DNA of 64,000 nucleotides from Phoronis australis (lineage: Eukaryota > Animalia > Phoronida). Under the pieces are notes generated by a model that saw only the letters and a program-made list of their open reading frames with translations, did not search any database and was not told where the DNA came from. Shown in pieces: positions 54,301-63,185 of this stretch. The DNA lies in the NCBI GenBank assembly GCA_002633005.1, contig NMRA01000072.1:1072656-1136655 (forward strand), given 5' to 3'. A program made the translations under genes and the position numbers. The stretch's first letter is position 1; every line of letters begins with the position of its first letter.

Positions 54301-57300
54301 TTTAGATTACAACGTGACTTGAGTGTACGGTAAAGGACTGGGGTAGTTGATGGGTGTGCAAAATAACTGAGTAACTAAGCGCCACCAACTGCCCAAGTGT
54401 GAATTTCAAACGAAATGCCACCAACCAGTTACCAGCGTGATCCATTTAACAGCAATTAAGTTACTTTAATATCTCGTTCTAATAAAAACGTAATATAGAG
54501 TAGCTGAATTCATACATCATTATCAATGCTAAAATGCCTCAAACTACCTGTTCCTTGAGAACCTCGATATCTTGTTCATACACTGAGATCTGATCATTTT
54601 GCTGTGCAATGACATCCTCTCTAAAATGAACAGGATAAATCATGCAGTTATTTACATCGCAAACCAAGGAACAACTATGGAAATATTACATTAAAAGTCA
54701 CTACTACAGAAACATTGGCGACATCATGACACTGAATATCATGATACTGATAACATTAAAATAAGCTAAGTTTAAAACTAAACCTAAAAATGCAACATGA
54801 AGCATTCTGTGCAATTTTAATATATTATTGTGCTCTGACTACATATTGTATGTAGACGTTAAAGAACATATCATCATTTCTCTGTAGCAATACAATCAAG
54901 GGAAATATTTTAGTCCTAACAGGTTGTTATAGCACTGGAGACAATTCCGCTATTACTACTGGGAGCAGTATGATAATTGCTGTGGTGTTTCGGACATACC
55001 ATAATAAATAGAACTGCTGCTATAGAAACAGTTGCATAAAACAACAATGAAATGATAATTTAGAAAACTGTAACAGGGTTTTTGAGATTTCACTTTGAAT
55101 ATTTATTTCAAACAAAATCTGATGACGTTGTTGGTACTGTTATTTTGCTATGAGTGTACCTTTCTTTTTTCTCAATTTTACTGAAAAGACACGGTCACGT
55201 GACCCAATTAATGACAGATTCGTATAAAATCAAAAATAAAGCTCTATGTGCTTTCTGCTTTCAGAAAATATTATACTTTTACCGAGTTAAATTAAATATT
55301 TTTGTAGATATTTGACTGAATGCTTAGACTTGTCGATAAGGTCCCATATAACTTTAACCACGGTTACAGAAACCTCGGCGATATCACGATATTGTGCAAA
55401 AGACCTACAAGTGACGTATATCAGCTCGAGACTGTTCCAGCAAACTGTGGCCATATCTGGGCAACGTTGGACTCTGAGGTGGTGCAGGCGGTCTGAAATG
55501 GAAGGAAACGTGTAGAGAATACAGGACAATGCCTATGAATTTCAAAAATATTTTTAAAAACATGTAGCAAAAAATCTACCACAAAGCTGCTCCTGCGGGA
55601 TGCAATGTCTTCCTTTCCACTAATTGCTTAATAATGATTAAACGTGAAGTCAAGAAATATGACAAGGCCAAAAACAGAACAATTGGCGCTTCTGAGGTTT
55701 TATTGAAAGATAATGCGGTGTCACAGTATTTTGGGTCACGTATACTTTATAAAAGTAAGTCACGTATACTTTATAAAAGAAAGTCACGTATACTTTATAA
55801 AAGAAAGTCACGTATACTTTATAAAAGTAAGTCACGTATACTTTATAAAAGAAAGTCACGTATACTTTATAAAAGAAAGTCACGTGTACTTTATAAAAGA
55901 AAGTCACGTGTACTTTATAAAAGAAAGTCACGTGTACTTTATAAAAGAAAGTCACGTGTACTTTATAAAAGAAAGTCACGTGTACTTTATAAAAGAAAGT
56001 CACGTGTACTTTATAAAAGAAAGTCACGTGTACTTTATAAAAGAAAGTCACGTGTACTTTATAAAAGAAAGTCACGTGTACTTTATAAAAGAAAGTCACG
56101 TGTACTTTATAAAAGAAAGTCACGTGTACTTTATAAAAGAAAGTCACGTGTACTTTATAAAAGAAAGTCACGTGTACTTTATAAAAGAAAGTCACGTGTA
56201 CTTTATAAAAGAAAGTCACGTGTACTTTATAAAAGAAAGTCACGTGTACTTTATAAAAGAAAGTCACGTGTACTTTATAAAAGAAAGTCACGTGTACTTT
56301 ATAAAAGAAAGTCACGTGTACTTTATAAAAGAAAGTCACGTGTACTTTATAAAAGAAAGTCACGTGTACTTTATGAAAGAAAGTCACGTGTACTTTATGA
56401 AAGAAAGTCACGTGTACTTTATGAAAGAAAGTCACGTGTACTTTATGAAAGAAAGTCACGTGTACTTTATGAAAGAAAGTCACGTATACTTTATGAAAGA
56501 AAGTCACGTATACTTTATGAAAGAAAGTCACGTATACTTTATGAAAGAAAGTCACGTATACTTTATGAAAGAAAGTCACGTATACTTTATGAAAGAAAGT
56601 CACGTATACTTTATAAAAGAAAGTCACGTATACTTTATAAAAGAAAGTCACGTGATACCAGCTGAAATGGGTCAGGATCTTTTTTTACCTAGTGCCACTT
56701 GATGCCAGTTTTGAGGTGCAGGTTTAAAAATGAGTTGGGTGCAACAAAATTTTTAGGTTTAATAAACTCTATGAAAAAGGACAAAAATTTCCTTGTATTG
56801 CTTTCAACATTTACTTGGAACTGAGAAATAACCTGCAATTCAACATCTATTAGAGCTAACCTGCCCTGTGATTTTCTGAAACATATTATGACTTGGCAAA
56901 GAATATTAAACCCTCTAATGGAAAAGAAAACTTTGAGTTTGTAGGGGAGTCTAGATTAAGACTAATCAATACCCATCTTCAACTCTTGATGGGCAGTACC
57001 TCTCCAGCAACTACTGTATGAGAATCAAGTGACAATTCTGCAAAACCAGGTGATTTCTACATCAGTTCTACATAACATACCTGGGTCCAGCAACTCTCAT
57101 GCTTTTTACAATTCTCTCACTTGGTTCTGCTTTTGTTCTTCCCTGAAACAACAAGTACAACATTCATTGAAATGCAAATTAAACACAATATCACAGAGCA
57201 AGTATGAGGGTTTAGCTGCCCTTCAGACACACTTCATTTCCAATTAAAAGTCAACTAAGCCAATGATTAAATACAATCCCACTTTCGTACTGACCGTATT

Positions 57301-60300
57301 GATCCTTGATTGAACATTGCCATACGGGTTGGCTCGCTTCGGACCAGATGTTATTTGTTGTTTCGTGATCAGTAACTGAAAGAATTAAAGGTTAATAGTA
57401 ACACTATTCGCTGTTTAGTGATAACCTGTCATGGCAGTAGATTACTCAATTTGGACCCAGAAATAAGAATAGATGTGTCGTCACACTGGGTCCAAAACGT
57501 CATAATGACGTCAAAATGATGCCATGCCAAACATTCCCATAACTTAAAGTCAACAATACTAAAAAATAAATGCATTAACAATTAAGCTCAACATTTTACC
57601 AAAGTTTTGCTTTATGATAGATCTTCAAACAGCAAGTTTTTCTTGACGTTCATTTTGCCGAAAACTTTGACAAAAACATATTTCAATGTCAGCCATCATT
57701 GTTTGCTGAATTGAGGAATACCTACTGTACAAACAAGGACCAGCATAATGGCTGCCACTGAAATGATTGGTTGGCATGGTTGGAATATTGAATTATGGGA
57801 GAAAAGTCTTAGTTTCAGCTTCATAGGATAAGATAATATACTGAGATTGTCTTGCAAGTGACTTGCATTTCAGAACTCACCCATGGTCATTGTGCTTGGT
57901 CAGTGAAGCACCAAGAAAATAATAATTAAATTCAAAATATTGCCACCAGGGGTGGCACAGTAGTTGCACCCGTGCAAAAAAATCATTTGTGTCAGTTGTG
58001 GTCTTCTCAGCAGGATCACATCTGCCAACTTTTATAATGATCCAGTTTGGCAGATGCAAAAACAAAGACTCGTCAATAATAACTTGGCCACCAGGTGACG
58101 CAGAATATGTCGAGTCCATCCAAAAAAGAAAAGGCATCTCCTAGATGGACAAATTTCAAAAAATTCAGTCAAGGAATTCTCAAGATAAAGAGTAAAACAT
58201 TAAAAATATAACATTGCTACAAGACGGCACAGCGGTAGTCAGATCCATCCAAAAGTCATCCTCACCCGTCATCAGCTCCAAAGGAACACATCTGCTAACC
58301 TTCATGAAGATCATCTAAAGGACTTAGGAGATACAGCACAGATAGAGATGACATCAATGACCACCCATATGTATTACTATAGTGACATGGATGCGCACAG
58401 AATGTAATATAGAAACAAAAGGACTATTGGGCTTATAAGTCGCCTGATACCAAAAAACATGTAAGCAGTAACATACAATACAGGATACTCTTGCAGCAAT
58501 CTTGTGCCCTAATCAAAAACTTTGCAAGAGCCTCTGGATAATTTAGAAACAACTCTAGAAGGGGGGGGGGATAAAATTACATTCAAAGTGATGGCCTCCT
58601 CCTACAATCTGAATGCATGTTACACATTTCAACAAATTTGTGCACGGCTCAATATCACCAATAAAGGAAAACATGGGTCAAAACTGATGCTGCTGACCAG
58701 CTCGTTCAGTTACTGACTGCACACATACCTTCTCCTTGAGCAGTAAGTTCTGCTTCTCAAGGTCGATCACCTTGATCTTCAGATCCTCGATCACCTCTTC
58801 ATTCTCAATCTCTCGACCCTGTTTGGTGCCAACATAGCCGTGCTTCTTGTCATTGACCAGTCTTAGCAGCTTGGTGGCCATCCTAACATTAACAACACTT
58901 ACTGTAGAGGTCACATGACAACCACTGGATATACAGTCAACACTTAAAGGGCCATTTCCTTCTTAATCGTGTTTCCAGCACATCAATCAAACTTTTGCAC
59001 ACAAACTTCAACTGACAGAGTTAAGGGGCTTTGACGCCTCAGTTTTCGCGCTGAATATGGGCCCCAGTCTTGTAAGAAAAATATTTACAAATCATGCAAA
59101 ATTCCCTTCATCAGACTCAAAGATTTATGTCTACTGATTCAAAAATTCCCCTCATGGTTCAATTTATTACCTTAGAACGTTAATTTTGGCTACTTGAGGT
59201 ATTGTCGATGAGGGTTGTGACAGCAATGAGGTTGGGGTGCGTGGAATTGGTGGTTACCCTCAACTAAAAATTCCCCTCAGAAAGCACAGGCATATTTCCC
59301 CTCAGGTGACCAAGGACTCTGGAGTGGCTTTCAATCTCCTGGCAAGGAGATATTTTTTGAATACTGCTTACTTTTTGATCTTCTCTTCTTGTTTACGCGC
59401 ATGTTTCTTCAGAATTAAGTTGTCCTCGTAGAGTCGTAGGTATTTGTCCTCAAGATCTTCTCGACTCAGCCGCGCCACGATGCGCGCTTCTTGGTTCACA
59501 CTAGCCTGATTAACCATAGCGTTCTGGTTAGTGTTTTCTACAATGATAAACAAGTTTTAACTCAATTAACTTAGTGGCAATAAACCCCTGTGCTGTAAAA
59601 GAAATTTAATTTCGATTTAGACAACTTACCATGATTGTAAAATTGGTTTCAACTTGTTCCTTACTCATTTGAGAATTGAGTTTTTGCCTTGCAAAGAGGT
59701 GACAGTTCGTTATTCTAGGAGACCATGCTTGGCAAATAAAACAACACACCACGAAAAGTCAACTTGTAGAGATTGTTATCAATCAATAACAAGCTGTCAC
59801 TTCTTTCCAAGCCCAGAAATCATATTTTAACTAAGGAACAATTTGAGAACAATTTCATACCACTAAGTAGTCTAAATAAAAAATATTTTTGTGTTGGAAG
59901 GAGGACTGACCCTTTAAGTTTTGTGTTGGGTATATGTAGCGTTAATAATTTGAACTGAAGTGAGCTAACACTTCATACTTTCCACGAATGTATTTTGTCA
60001 CCAGCGAAGCTCACAAGCAGTATTATTCATGTGTTCATCCATCTTAAACTTGTACTATGAATCTCAGTTCAAAGTTGCAAAATCCGGGGTCTTTGAAAAC
60101 GTGCACAGTCTTGATTACAGTGACAAAATCAGAAAGAAACAAATTTTCTGAGATCAGCCATAACGTGGCACTGAAATTGCAACCTCAGAAGTTGCAGTCC
60201 AATGTTACGCTCATNNNNNNNNNNNNNNNNNNNNNNNNNNNNNNNNNNNNNNNNNNNNNNNNNNNNNGCACAAGCCTACTCCCTACCTTTATAGTGTTCC

Positions 60301-61099
60301 ATAATAAGCGCTCATTGATCTATTAAAAGTCCCCCCCTTAAATTTTCAGAATTTCCAATTTAGCGCCCACAGTTCAAGCTAGCGCCCATCATAGCGCACT
60401 ACAAACGACCACGTGTGGTTTAAAATTGACACGCAGCTTATATGGCGTGTCACTTTCACTTTACACAACTTCAGTTTTCAAAAACGTCTTTTCACAATAT
60501 GTAAAAACCAAATCCCGGCTTTGTTTTATACCTCGGAAAGAAAGTTAACACTAGTGACATGCGTGTCGTTTTGTGACTGACCATTTTTCCCGTACTTGTA
60601 AGGCCAGATCTAACAAAATCCCGGACACTTTTTCAACGGGCATTTTCTCCCTTTTCACATCGCAAATTTACATGTAGCTACTCGAATGCACAAGTCAGTT
60701 AGAGAGCACTGATTCAACTTTCACGTCGGCAACTTGCCTTGCCCTCTAGAGTCTTTCAATAGCGGTCGTGAAGAACAGTAAGGCTGTACCTGCATGAATG
60801 AAGTCAATTTTGAGATCTGAAATTTGTGAGTATTTAACGCTGCAGGTGAGAGCATAATCTAAAACATTTTCTCGATGATCTAAAAAATCTATTTTGGCGC
60901 GTAAAAATGGCGGGAAAATTTTGCGACCTGGCATTTACTAATGCGAGCTGGATTTTGAAAATGCGACCTGGGATTTTGGTTAGGTCGCAAAATGCGACCT
61001 GTCGATTTTAATAGCGTCGAGCCCTGAACACAATTACTCACCTTCTCCAACCCGGCCCTTAGAAGGGCCCCTCACAGGAACAGACTCAGGGCCATCCAT
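15231..61099 (-). CDS. RPGRIP1L: Protein fantom / RPGRIP1-like ciliary transition-zone protein (coiled coils, C2-N, C2-C, linker, C-terminal C2/RID), spliced, 36 coding exons, ~1594 aa with one copy of the duplicated exon
   Basis: Exons 5'->3': 61042-61099, 59372-59537, 58729-58882, 57295-57375, 57081-57142, 55409-55492, 54548-54620, 54099-54169, 53504-53609, 52910-53056, 52186-52259, 51738-51877, 51213-51319, 50640-50760, 49443-49561, 48398-48655, 47358-47543, 38730-38859, 37711-37965, 35468-35622, 35126-35251, 34686-34778, 33369-33614 (duplicate 32399-32644), 31135-31510, 30508-30612, 29563-29679, 26818-27078, 26206-26274, 23841-23900, 23011-23102, 20725-20782, 18618-18739, 17863-18055, 17215-17299, 16608-16741, 15231-15331. 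Phases join throughout (4785 nt). Signature peptides [12 protein letters not shown]...[101 protein letters not shown]. Confidence 0.95.
15663..15776. repeat. 25-bp palindromic tandem repeat
   Basis: Unit TGTACCAGACATGTCTGGTACA+CAS, ~4 copies. Confidence 0.9.
16290..16602. repeat. Degenerate (CAC/ACC)n low-complexity tract
   Basis: Directly visible, in last RPGRIP1L intron. Confidence 0.85.
16608..16741 (-). CDS. RPGRIP1L: RPGRIP1L exon (RID)
   Basis: FTIVSEP...[16 protein letters not shown]. Confidence 0.92.
17215..17299 (-). CDS. RPGRIP1L: RPGRIP1L exon (RID)
   Basis: [25 protein letters not shown]. Confidence 0.9.
17863..18055 (-). CDS. RPGRIP1L: RPGRIP1L exon (C-terminal C2/RID)
   Basis: [24 protein letters not shown]...FNFRK. 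Confidence 0.93.
18618..18739 (-). CDS. RPGRIP1L: RPGRIP1L linker exon
   Basis: [13 protein letters not shown]...[12 protein letters not shown]; phase 1-0. Confidence 0.8.
18855..19290. repeat. Dispersed repeat family (related pieces at 2720-2880, 7330-7446 and inverted at 55140-55270)
   Basis: Shared atagcccttcatg..aaaacaatt..gaatctga..gatatg..gttccaaag..agcca..ctac and gggtcacgtgatcatgtctttt segments. Confidence 0.55.
20725..20782 (-). CDS. RPGRIP1L: RPGRIP1L acidic linker exon
   Basis: [18 protein letters not shown]; phase 0-1. Confidence 0.72.
21078..22675. mobile_element. 1.6-kb non-autonomous DNA transposon, Sola1-like
   Basis: TIR GTGACCCACCA(C/T)CACAAAATGAGTCTTAAGTCGG (34 bp, 1 mismatch). 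AAAT TSD at 21074-21077 and 22676-22679, and AWWT TSDs are typical of Sola1. Decayed ORF-like segment on - strand at ~21700-22130. Confidence 0.8.
23011..23102 (-). CDS. RPGRIP1L: RPGRIP1L linker exon
   Basis: [24 protein letters not shown]; phase 1-0. Confidence 0.75.
23841..23900 (-). CDS. RPGRIP1L: RPGRIP1L linker exon
   Basis: [19 protein letters not shown]; tttttcag/gtaagt, phase 1-1. Confidence 0.65.
25395..25826. repeat. Degenerate (TACA/CCTA)n tract and (TG)n microsatellite
   Basis: acctacatgt repeats at 25395-25615; (TG)n at ~25786-25826. Confidence 0.8.
26206..26274 (-). CDS. RPGRIP1L: RPGRIP1L linker exon
   Basis: [22 protein letters not shown]; phase 1-1. Confidence 0.65.
26818..27078 (-). 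CDS. RPGRIP1L: RPGRIP1L linker exon
   Basis: [14 protein letters not shown]...KKKATVVEK; phase 1-1. Confidence 0.75.
27880..28440 (+). mobile_element. Dispersed hAT-like non-autonomous family copy (related pieces at ~70-155, 47760-48307, 60900-61026)
   Basis: Shares cagcagtcagcacac..cttaaattacaaca..cctccag..atcatctgcattct..ttggca with 47945-48150. GCGAC(C/T)TG-rich ends terminate in tcgagc(a/c)ctg. Confidence 0.65.
29563..29679 (-). CDS. RPGRIP1L: RPGRIP1L linker exon
   Basis: [15 protein letters not shown]...QQLHP; phase 1-1. Confidence 0.68.
30087..30375. mobile_element. MITE with diverged TIRs
   Basis: gtttcatgaaaagtgactagagacttaagacagaaacttggtctta versus reverse complement gttttatgaaagtgattaagacttaagaaggaaatttggcttta. 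Confidence 0.5.
30508..30612 (-). CDS. RPGRIP1L: RPGRIP1L linker exon
   Basis: [13 protein letters not shown]...VIVSQ; phase 1-1. Confidence 0.72.
31135..31510 (-). CDS. RPGRIP1L: RPGRIP1L linker exon
   Basis: [14 protein letters not shown]...KSKPR; 376 nt open, phase 0-1. Confidence 0.78.
32399..32644 (-). CDS. RPGRIP1L: RPGRIP1L linker exon (copy B; duplicate, possibly allelic artefact)
   Basis: Near-identical to 33369-33614 with splice sites intact. Confidence 0.55.
33369..33614 (-). CDS. RPGRIP1L: RPGRIP1L linker exon (copy A)
   Basis: 246-nt phase 0-0 exon [20 protein letters not shown]...TPVKE; ag/gtaaga. Confidence 0.82.
33852..34426. mobile_element. piggyBac-like MITE (old)
   Basis: TTAA on both sides; termini cccttatcctgct / reverse complement ccattattctgtgct. 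Confidence 0.45.
34686..34778 (-). CDS. RPGRIP1L: RPGRIP1L exon
   Basis: [17 protein letters not shown]. Confidence 0.9.
35126..35251 (-). CDS. RPGRIP1L: RPGRIP1L exon (C2-C)
   Basis: VYVFDDTD...[24 protein letters not shown]. Confidence 0.93.
35468..35622 (-). CDS. RPGRIP1L: RPGRIP1L exon (C2-C)
   Basis: [18 protein letters not shown]...[15 protein letters not shown]. Confidence 0.93.
35998..37490 (+). mobile_element. Helentron-associated (HINE/DINE-1/pearl-like) non-autonomous element with ~150-bp core repeats
   Basis: Starts AACAAGAG. AATGCGTCCACA (36022) recurs in the 3' hairpin ATGCGTCCACATAT-AA-ATATGTGGGCGCAT (37458-37487). GGAC-type microsatellite at ~37408-37445. Tandem core units span the N gap. 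Confidence 0.72.
36414..36971. other. Assembly gap (also 60215-60267; single Ns at 32701 and 43166)
   Basis: Run of N. Confidence 0.99.
37650..37701. repeat. 13-bp tandem repeat (TGTCAATCAACTC) x4
   Basis: Directly visible next to an exon donor. Confidence 0.85.
37711..37965 (-). CDS. RPGRIP1L: RPGRIP1L exon
   Basis: [31 protein letters not shown]...[10 protein letters not shown]. Confidence 0.94.
38730..38859 (-). CDS. RPGRIP1L: RPGRIP1L exon (C2-N)
   Basis: [22 protein letters not shown]. Confidence 0.93.
38872..39265. mobile_element. Foldback MITE with long imperfect inverted repeats
   Basis: acaggtagcggtgttgcagcccaaactgatgcct versus reverse complement of right end acaggtgacgctgttgcagcccaaattgatgcct. 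Second internal arm 38978-39065 pairs with 39135-39222. Confidence 0.8.
40713..44330 (+). pseudogene. Decayed, intron-containing P-element/THAP9-like transposase, antisense within an RPGRIP1L intron
   Basis: Exon-like blocks at ~40713-40877 ([27 protein letters not shown]), ~41302-41502 ([17 protein letters not shown]...EGF...*LANHALVFM), ~41839-42347 ([36 protein letters not shown]), ~42665-42838 (TAKF...FNAFNS), ~43253-43470 ([28 protein letters not shown]), ~43676-44330 (YIGGYI..CSSC..IRLHF). Stops and frameshifts present. Confidence 0.88.
45396..45982 (+). pseudogene. Intronless ubiquitin-specific protease (peptidase C19) C-terminal fragment, frameshifted
   Basis: CNNC...CPNC zinc-ribbon fingers, [11 protein letters not shown], His box [11 protein letters not shown]...GGHY...WINFDDS...AYIAIYE. 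No Cys box seen. Frameshift near 45720. Confidence 0.72.
46784..47244 (-). mobile_element. Short non-autonomous RTE-derived retroelement with (GAA)n tail and TSD
   Basis: Direct repeat CTAAAGAGACT at 46773-46783 and 47245-47255. (GAA)n 3' tail on - strand. The 5' part resembles RTE-clade 5' UTR motifs (gggttgggcgtaaggc, gggcagactgggctc...cagtctaggagaa), recognised from memory. Confidence 0.75.
47358..47543 (-). CDS. RPGRIP1L: RPGRIP1L exon (C2-N)
   Basis: [41 protein letters not shown]. Confidence 0.94.
47760..48307 (+). mobile_element. Second copy of the same dispersed family
   Basis: Aligns by eye with 27880-28440. Confidence 0.62.
48398..48655 (-). CDS. RPGRIP1L: RPGRIP1L exon
   Basis: [26 protein letters not shown]...[16 protein letters not shown]. 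Confidence 0.94.
49443..49561 (-). CDS. RPGRIP1L: RPGRIP1L exon
   Basis: [28 protein letters not shown]. Confidence 0.94.
49965..50028 (+). mobile_element. tRNA-derived SINE head / tRNA-like remnant
   Basis: A-box-like ggtttagtggttagag and B-box ggttcaaacc; no intact acceptor stem. Confidence 0.5.
50640..50760 (-). CDS. RPGRIP1L: RPGRIP1L exon
   Basis: [17 protein letters not shown]...[13 protein letters not shown]. Confidence 0.9.
51213..51319 (-). CDS. RPGRIP1L: RPGRIP1L exon
   Basis: [35 protein letters not shown]. Confidence 0.9.
51738..51877 (-). CDS. RPGRIP1L: RPGRIP1L exon
   Basis: [10 protein letters not shown]...[15 protein letters not shown]. Confidence 0.92.
52186..52259 (-). 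CDS. RPGRIP1L: RPGRIP1L exon
   Basis: [24 protein letters not shown]. Confidence 0.88.
52910..53056 (-). CDS. RPGRIP1L: RPGRIP1L exon
   Basis: [27 protein letters not shown]. Confidence 0.9.
53504..53609 (-). CDS. RPGRIP1L: RPGRIP1L exon
   Basis: [19 protein letters not shown]. Confidence 0.9.
54099..54169 (-). CDS. RPGRIP1L: RPGRIP1L exon
   Basis: [23 protein letters not shown]. Confidence 0.87.
54548..54620 (-). CDS. RPGRIP1L: RPGRIP1L exon
   Basis: [24 protein letters not shown]. Confidence 0.87.
55409..55492 (-). CDS. RPGRIP1L: RPGRIP1L exon
   Basis: [27 protein letters not shown]. Confidence 0.87.
55735..56654. repeat. Minisatellite, 38 x 24 bp (GTCACGTRTACTTTATRAAAGAAA)
   Basis: Directly visible exact 24-bp period; explains the spurious 330-aa ORFs. 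Confidence 0.98.
57081..57142 (-). CDS. RPGRIP1L: RPGRIP1L exon
   Basis: [20 protein letters not shown]; phases fit. Confidence 0.8.
57295..57375 (-). CDS. RPGRIP1L: RPGRIP1L exon
   Basis: LLITKQQ...[11 protein letters not shown]. Confidence 0.88.
57731..58390 (+). mobile_element. Diverged relative of the 36-37.5 kb HINE-like element
   Basis: Three core units (gccaccagg..cagtagt; ggccaccaggtgacgca..tatgtcga; ggcacagcggtagtcagatccatcc..ggagatacagca) align by eye to units at 36976-37410. Confidence 0.6.
58729..58882 (-). CDS. RPGRIP1L: RPGRIP1L exon
   Basis: [13 protein letters not shown]...[12 protein letters not shown]. Confidence 0.93.
59372..59537 (-). CDS. RPGRIP1L: RPGRIP1L exon, N-terminal coiled coil
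   Basis: [33 protein letters not shown]. Confidence 0.93.
61042..61099 (-). CDS. RPGRIP1L: RPGRIP1L first coding exon
   Basis: gccacgATGG Kozak-like start; [19 protein letters not shown]; donor gtgagt, phase 1 matches next exon. Confidence 0.72.
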
Positions 61100-63099
61100 C
61101 GTGGCACTTCAAAACTGGTACACTACAACACCTCGTATTGCAAGCAACTAGATGTAGATTTGGGCATTACTAAACAGTGTAAAGGCCCCATTCTGAAATA
61201 GAAGACTGTAAAGTAAAATGGTGACAACTCGGACAGTGTAATATGGAACTACAGTGAATCTGTCCAGGTTAACACCTCCCACTATCAAACTGAGAAGCAA
61301 TTGGGAAGAGCACATGCGATCGAAAGCTCAAGCTCTCATGCGAGACTTATTGTTACCCCAAGGTGCCACTCAAAGATTACACTTTCAGAACAATTTCATC
61401 ATTCCTACAGTAGAACAGCTGAGCACAAAAATCATCGCAACACTGCCATTATTTGCAACTTGTTTGAAATATTATGAAGTAACAGCAAGTGACAGCCTCA
61501 GACCTGCCAAAGACATTGTTGACATTTGGAAATCAACATTTGATTGACAGGATCGCCAACTCTGACCTTCAGCCTGGTCAAAAGATTGAGGTCATGTTGA
61601 CATATCCACTGATGAGAGCACTGGAAAAATGACTAGTTCGTGATTTATCTGATGGAATTAAGATCTGCTTGAAAAAATGTTGCTTGCAGGTGATTTGTTC
61701 AACTGGCAGCAGATTCTCAAATCACGAGAATTTCACTGCATAGGGATAACTTCACCATATCAGAATTTCACAGGCTTGAAGATGCATAAATCTCCCGATC
61801 AGGAGAATTTGCTTTCACATACTTGAAAATTAATTTTTGTAATTCCCAGAAAAGTTGACTTGGTCAACTGTGAATTTATCATTAAAAAGGACATTCTGAG
61901 AGTTTTGTTGTTACTTGGTTTATTGTACAGTAATGTATTACTGTAGTAGGTTACTGAAGTGACCAAGTCAATTTTGAATTCCCGCAGTCACAATGTTCTC
62001 CACAATACCAATTGCAAACTCGACGCAAATTTCTAGAGTTCAGTATCAGTATTCAATACTATAATGTTGACTAGCGGAGATGTTAAAACATCTCCGTTGG
62101 AGGTATTTATATAGGTTTCAAAAATGTACATTGAACTGGTCAGGTGTGACCTACTTTTTAACACTCTGTAGGGCCTACAAGTGAAAACCACTGATGACTG
62201 TCTCACTAATAAAAAATCTTGCTGTTAAAAGCACGTGGCCAGGAAGCTCGCACTACATACCTGTCACTTGACTTCGCAGACATTAGCCTCCGGGATCTAT
62301 AGATGAAACTGCGCCAGGTAGCCATATCGGCAAGAAATAAATATCGGGCACCAATTTCAGAAAGTTTCTAATGCCGTAAAAACTGTTGTGTTGTTTTTAA
62401 GAGACATTGCCTTATTAATCACTTTTTCAATGAATTCATAATTGGTATTTTTAAAGTAAAATACCTCATAAAATGCCCCACTGATAGAGGACACCTCCGC
62501 CCCCGAATCTACCGGAAAATAACTCAGACTGTCACACATCCAGTCACCCGGCGACTCAACGACATTCAGCCTTAGGCCCTACAGAGACAATTCTCGCACG
62601 TTTTAATAGTAGATGTGATCAGCAAGTGATAAATAAACCGCGTTCTCGTGATACTGCTTGTGTTATTTTAGTTACAATGCACACCCCCCACAAATGAACG
62701 CTGATGACACGCACGTGACTACGACATGTCTGTTCGCCCAGAGATTTTTCTCACGTTGCTGGATACAATCTTGCGCAGATTTAACCCTATCTCGTTCATA
62801 ATACCGACTCCACAGGAACTTAAAATCCTAGGGACGCTATTTGGAAAACTAAGTGAGGATTTCAGGTAATTTGTTGAGTCAAAACTATATTTATATTCAA
62901 GCAGCCCTATCGACGATCGATAGGCAGCAACGCAAAAAGTCAGCGAGTTTTCGCTCTGGGATTTCGGGACATTTTTCTGTAGAATGATCGTAATTTAACA
63001 ATGATGAAGTTTGATAGCAATGCGCCACAGTTATGTTGTTTTATTGAAAGCCTGTCACAAGCTACAGATACATCACATAGCGTAAATTTGATGAATCCT

Positions 63100-63185
63100 A
63101 GCTTCCGATTTCACCTGTTTCGGAGACCGGGTATCAACCGCCTTGGGTTACAATAAGCGCCCCCGCCCTGGGCGCTTTAATACGG
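63100..63185 (-). promoter_or_regulatory. Candidate RPGRIP1L promoter / non-coding first exon
   Basis: CpG-richer region, GC box cccccgccc at ~63160, possible donor cag|gtgaaa at ~63115, RFX-like half site GTAACC on - strand. Confidence 0.3.

Noticed and set aside
55634-56702. Three ~330-aa ORFs with 8-aa periodicity; CRISPR-like appearance
   Set aside because: Stop-free translation of a 24-bp minisatellite; no unique spacers and no cas genes
61254-61547. 97-aa + strand ORF upstream of the RPGRIP1L start
   Set aside because: No recognisable homology or splice support; may be RPGRIP1L 5' UTR or intron
63135-63152. Full X-box (RFX site) expected for a ciliary gene
   Set aside because: Only one good half-site (GTAACC); the second half does not fit the consensus
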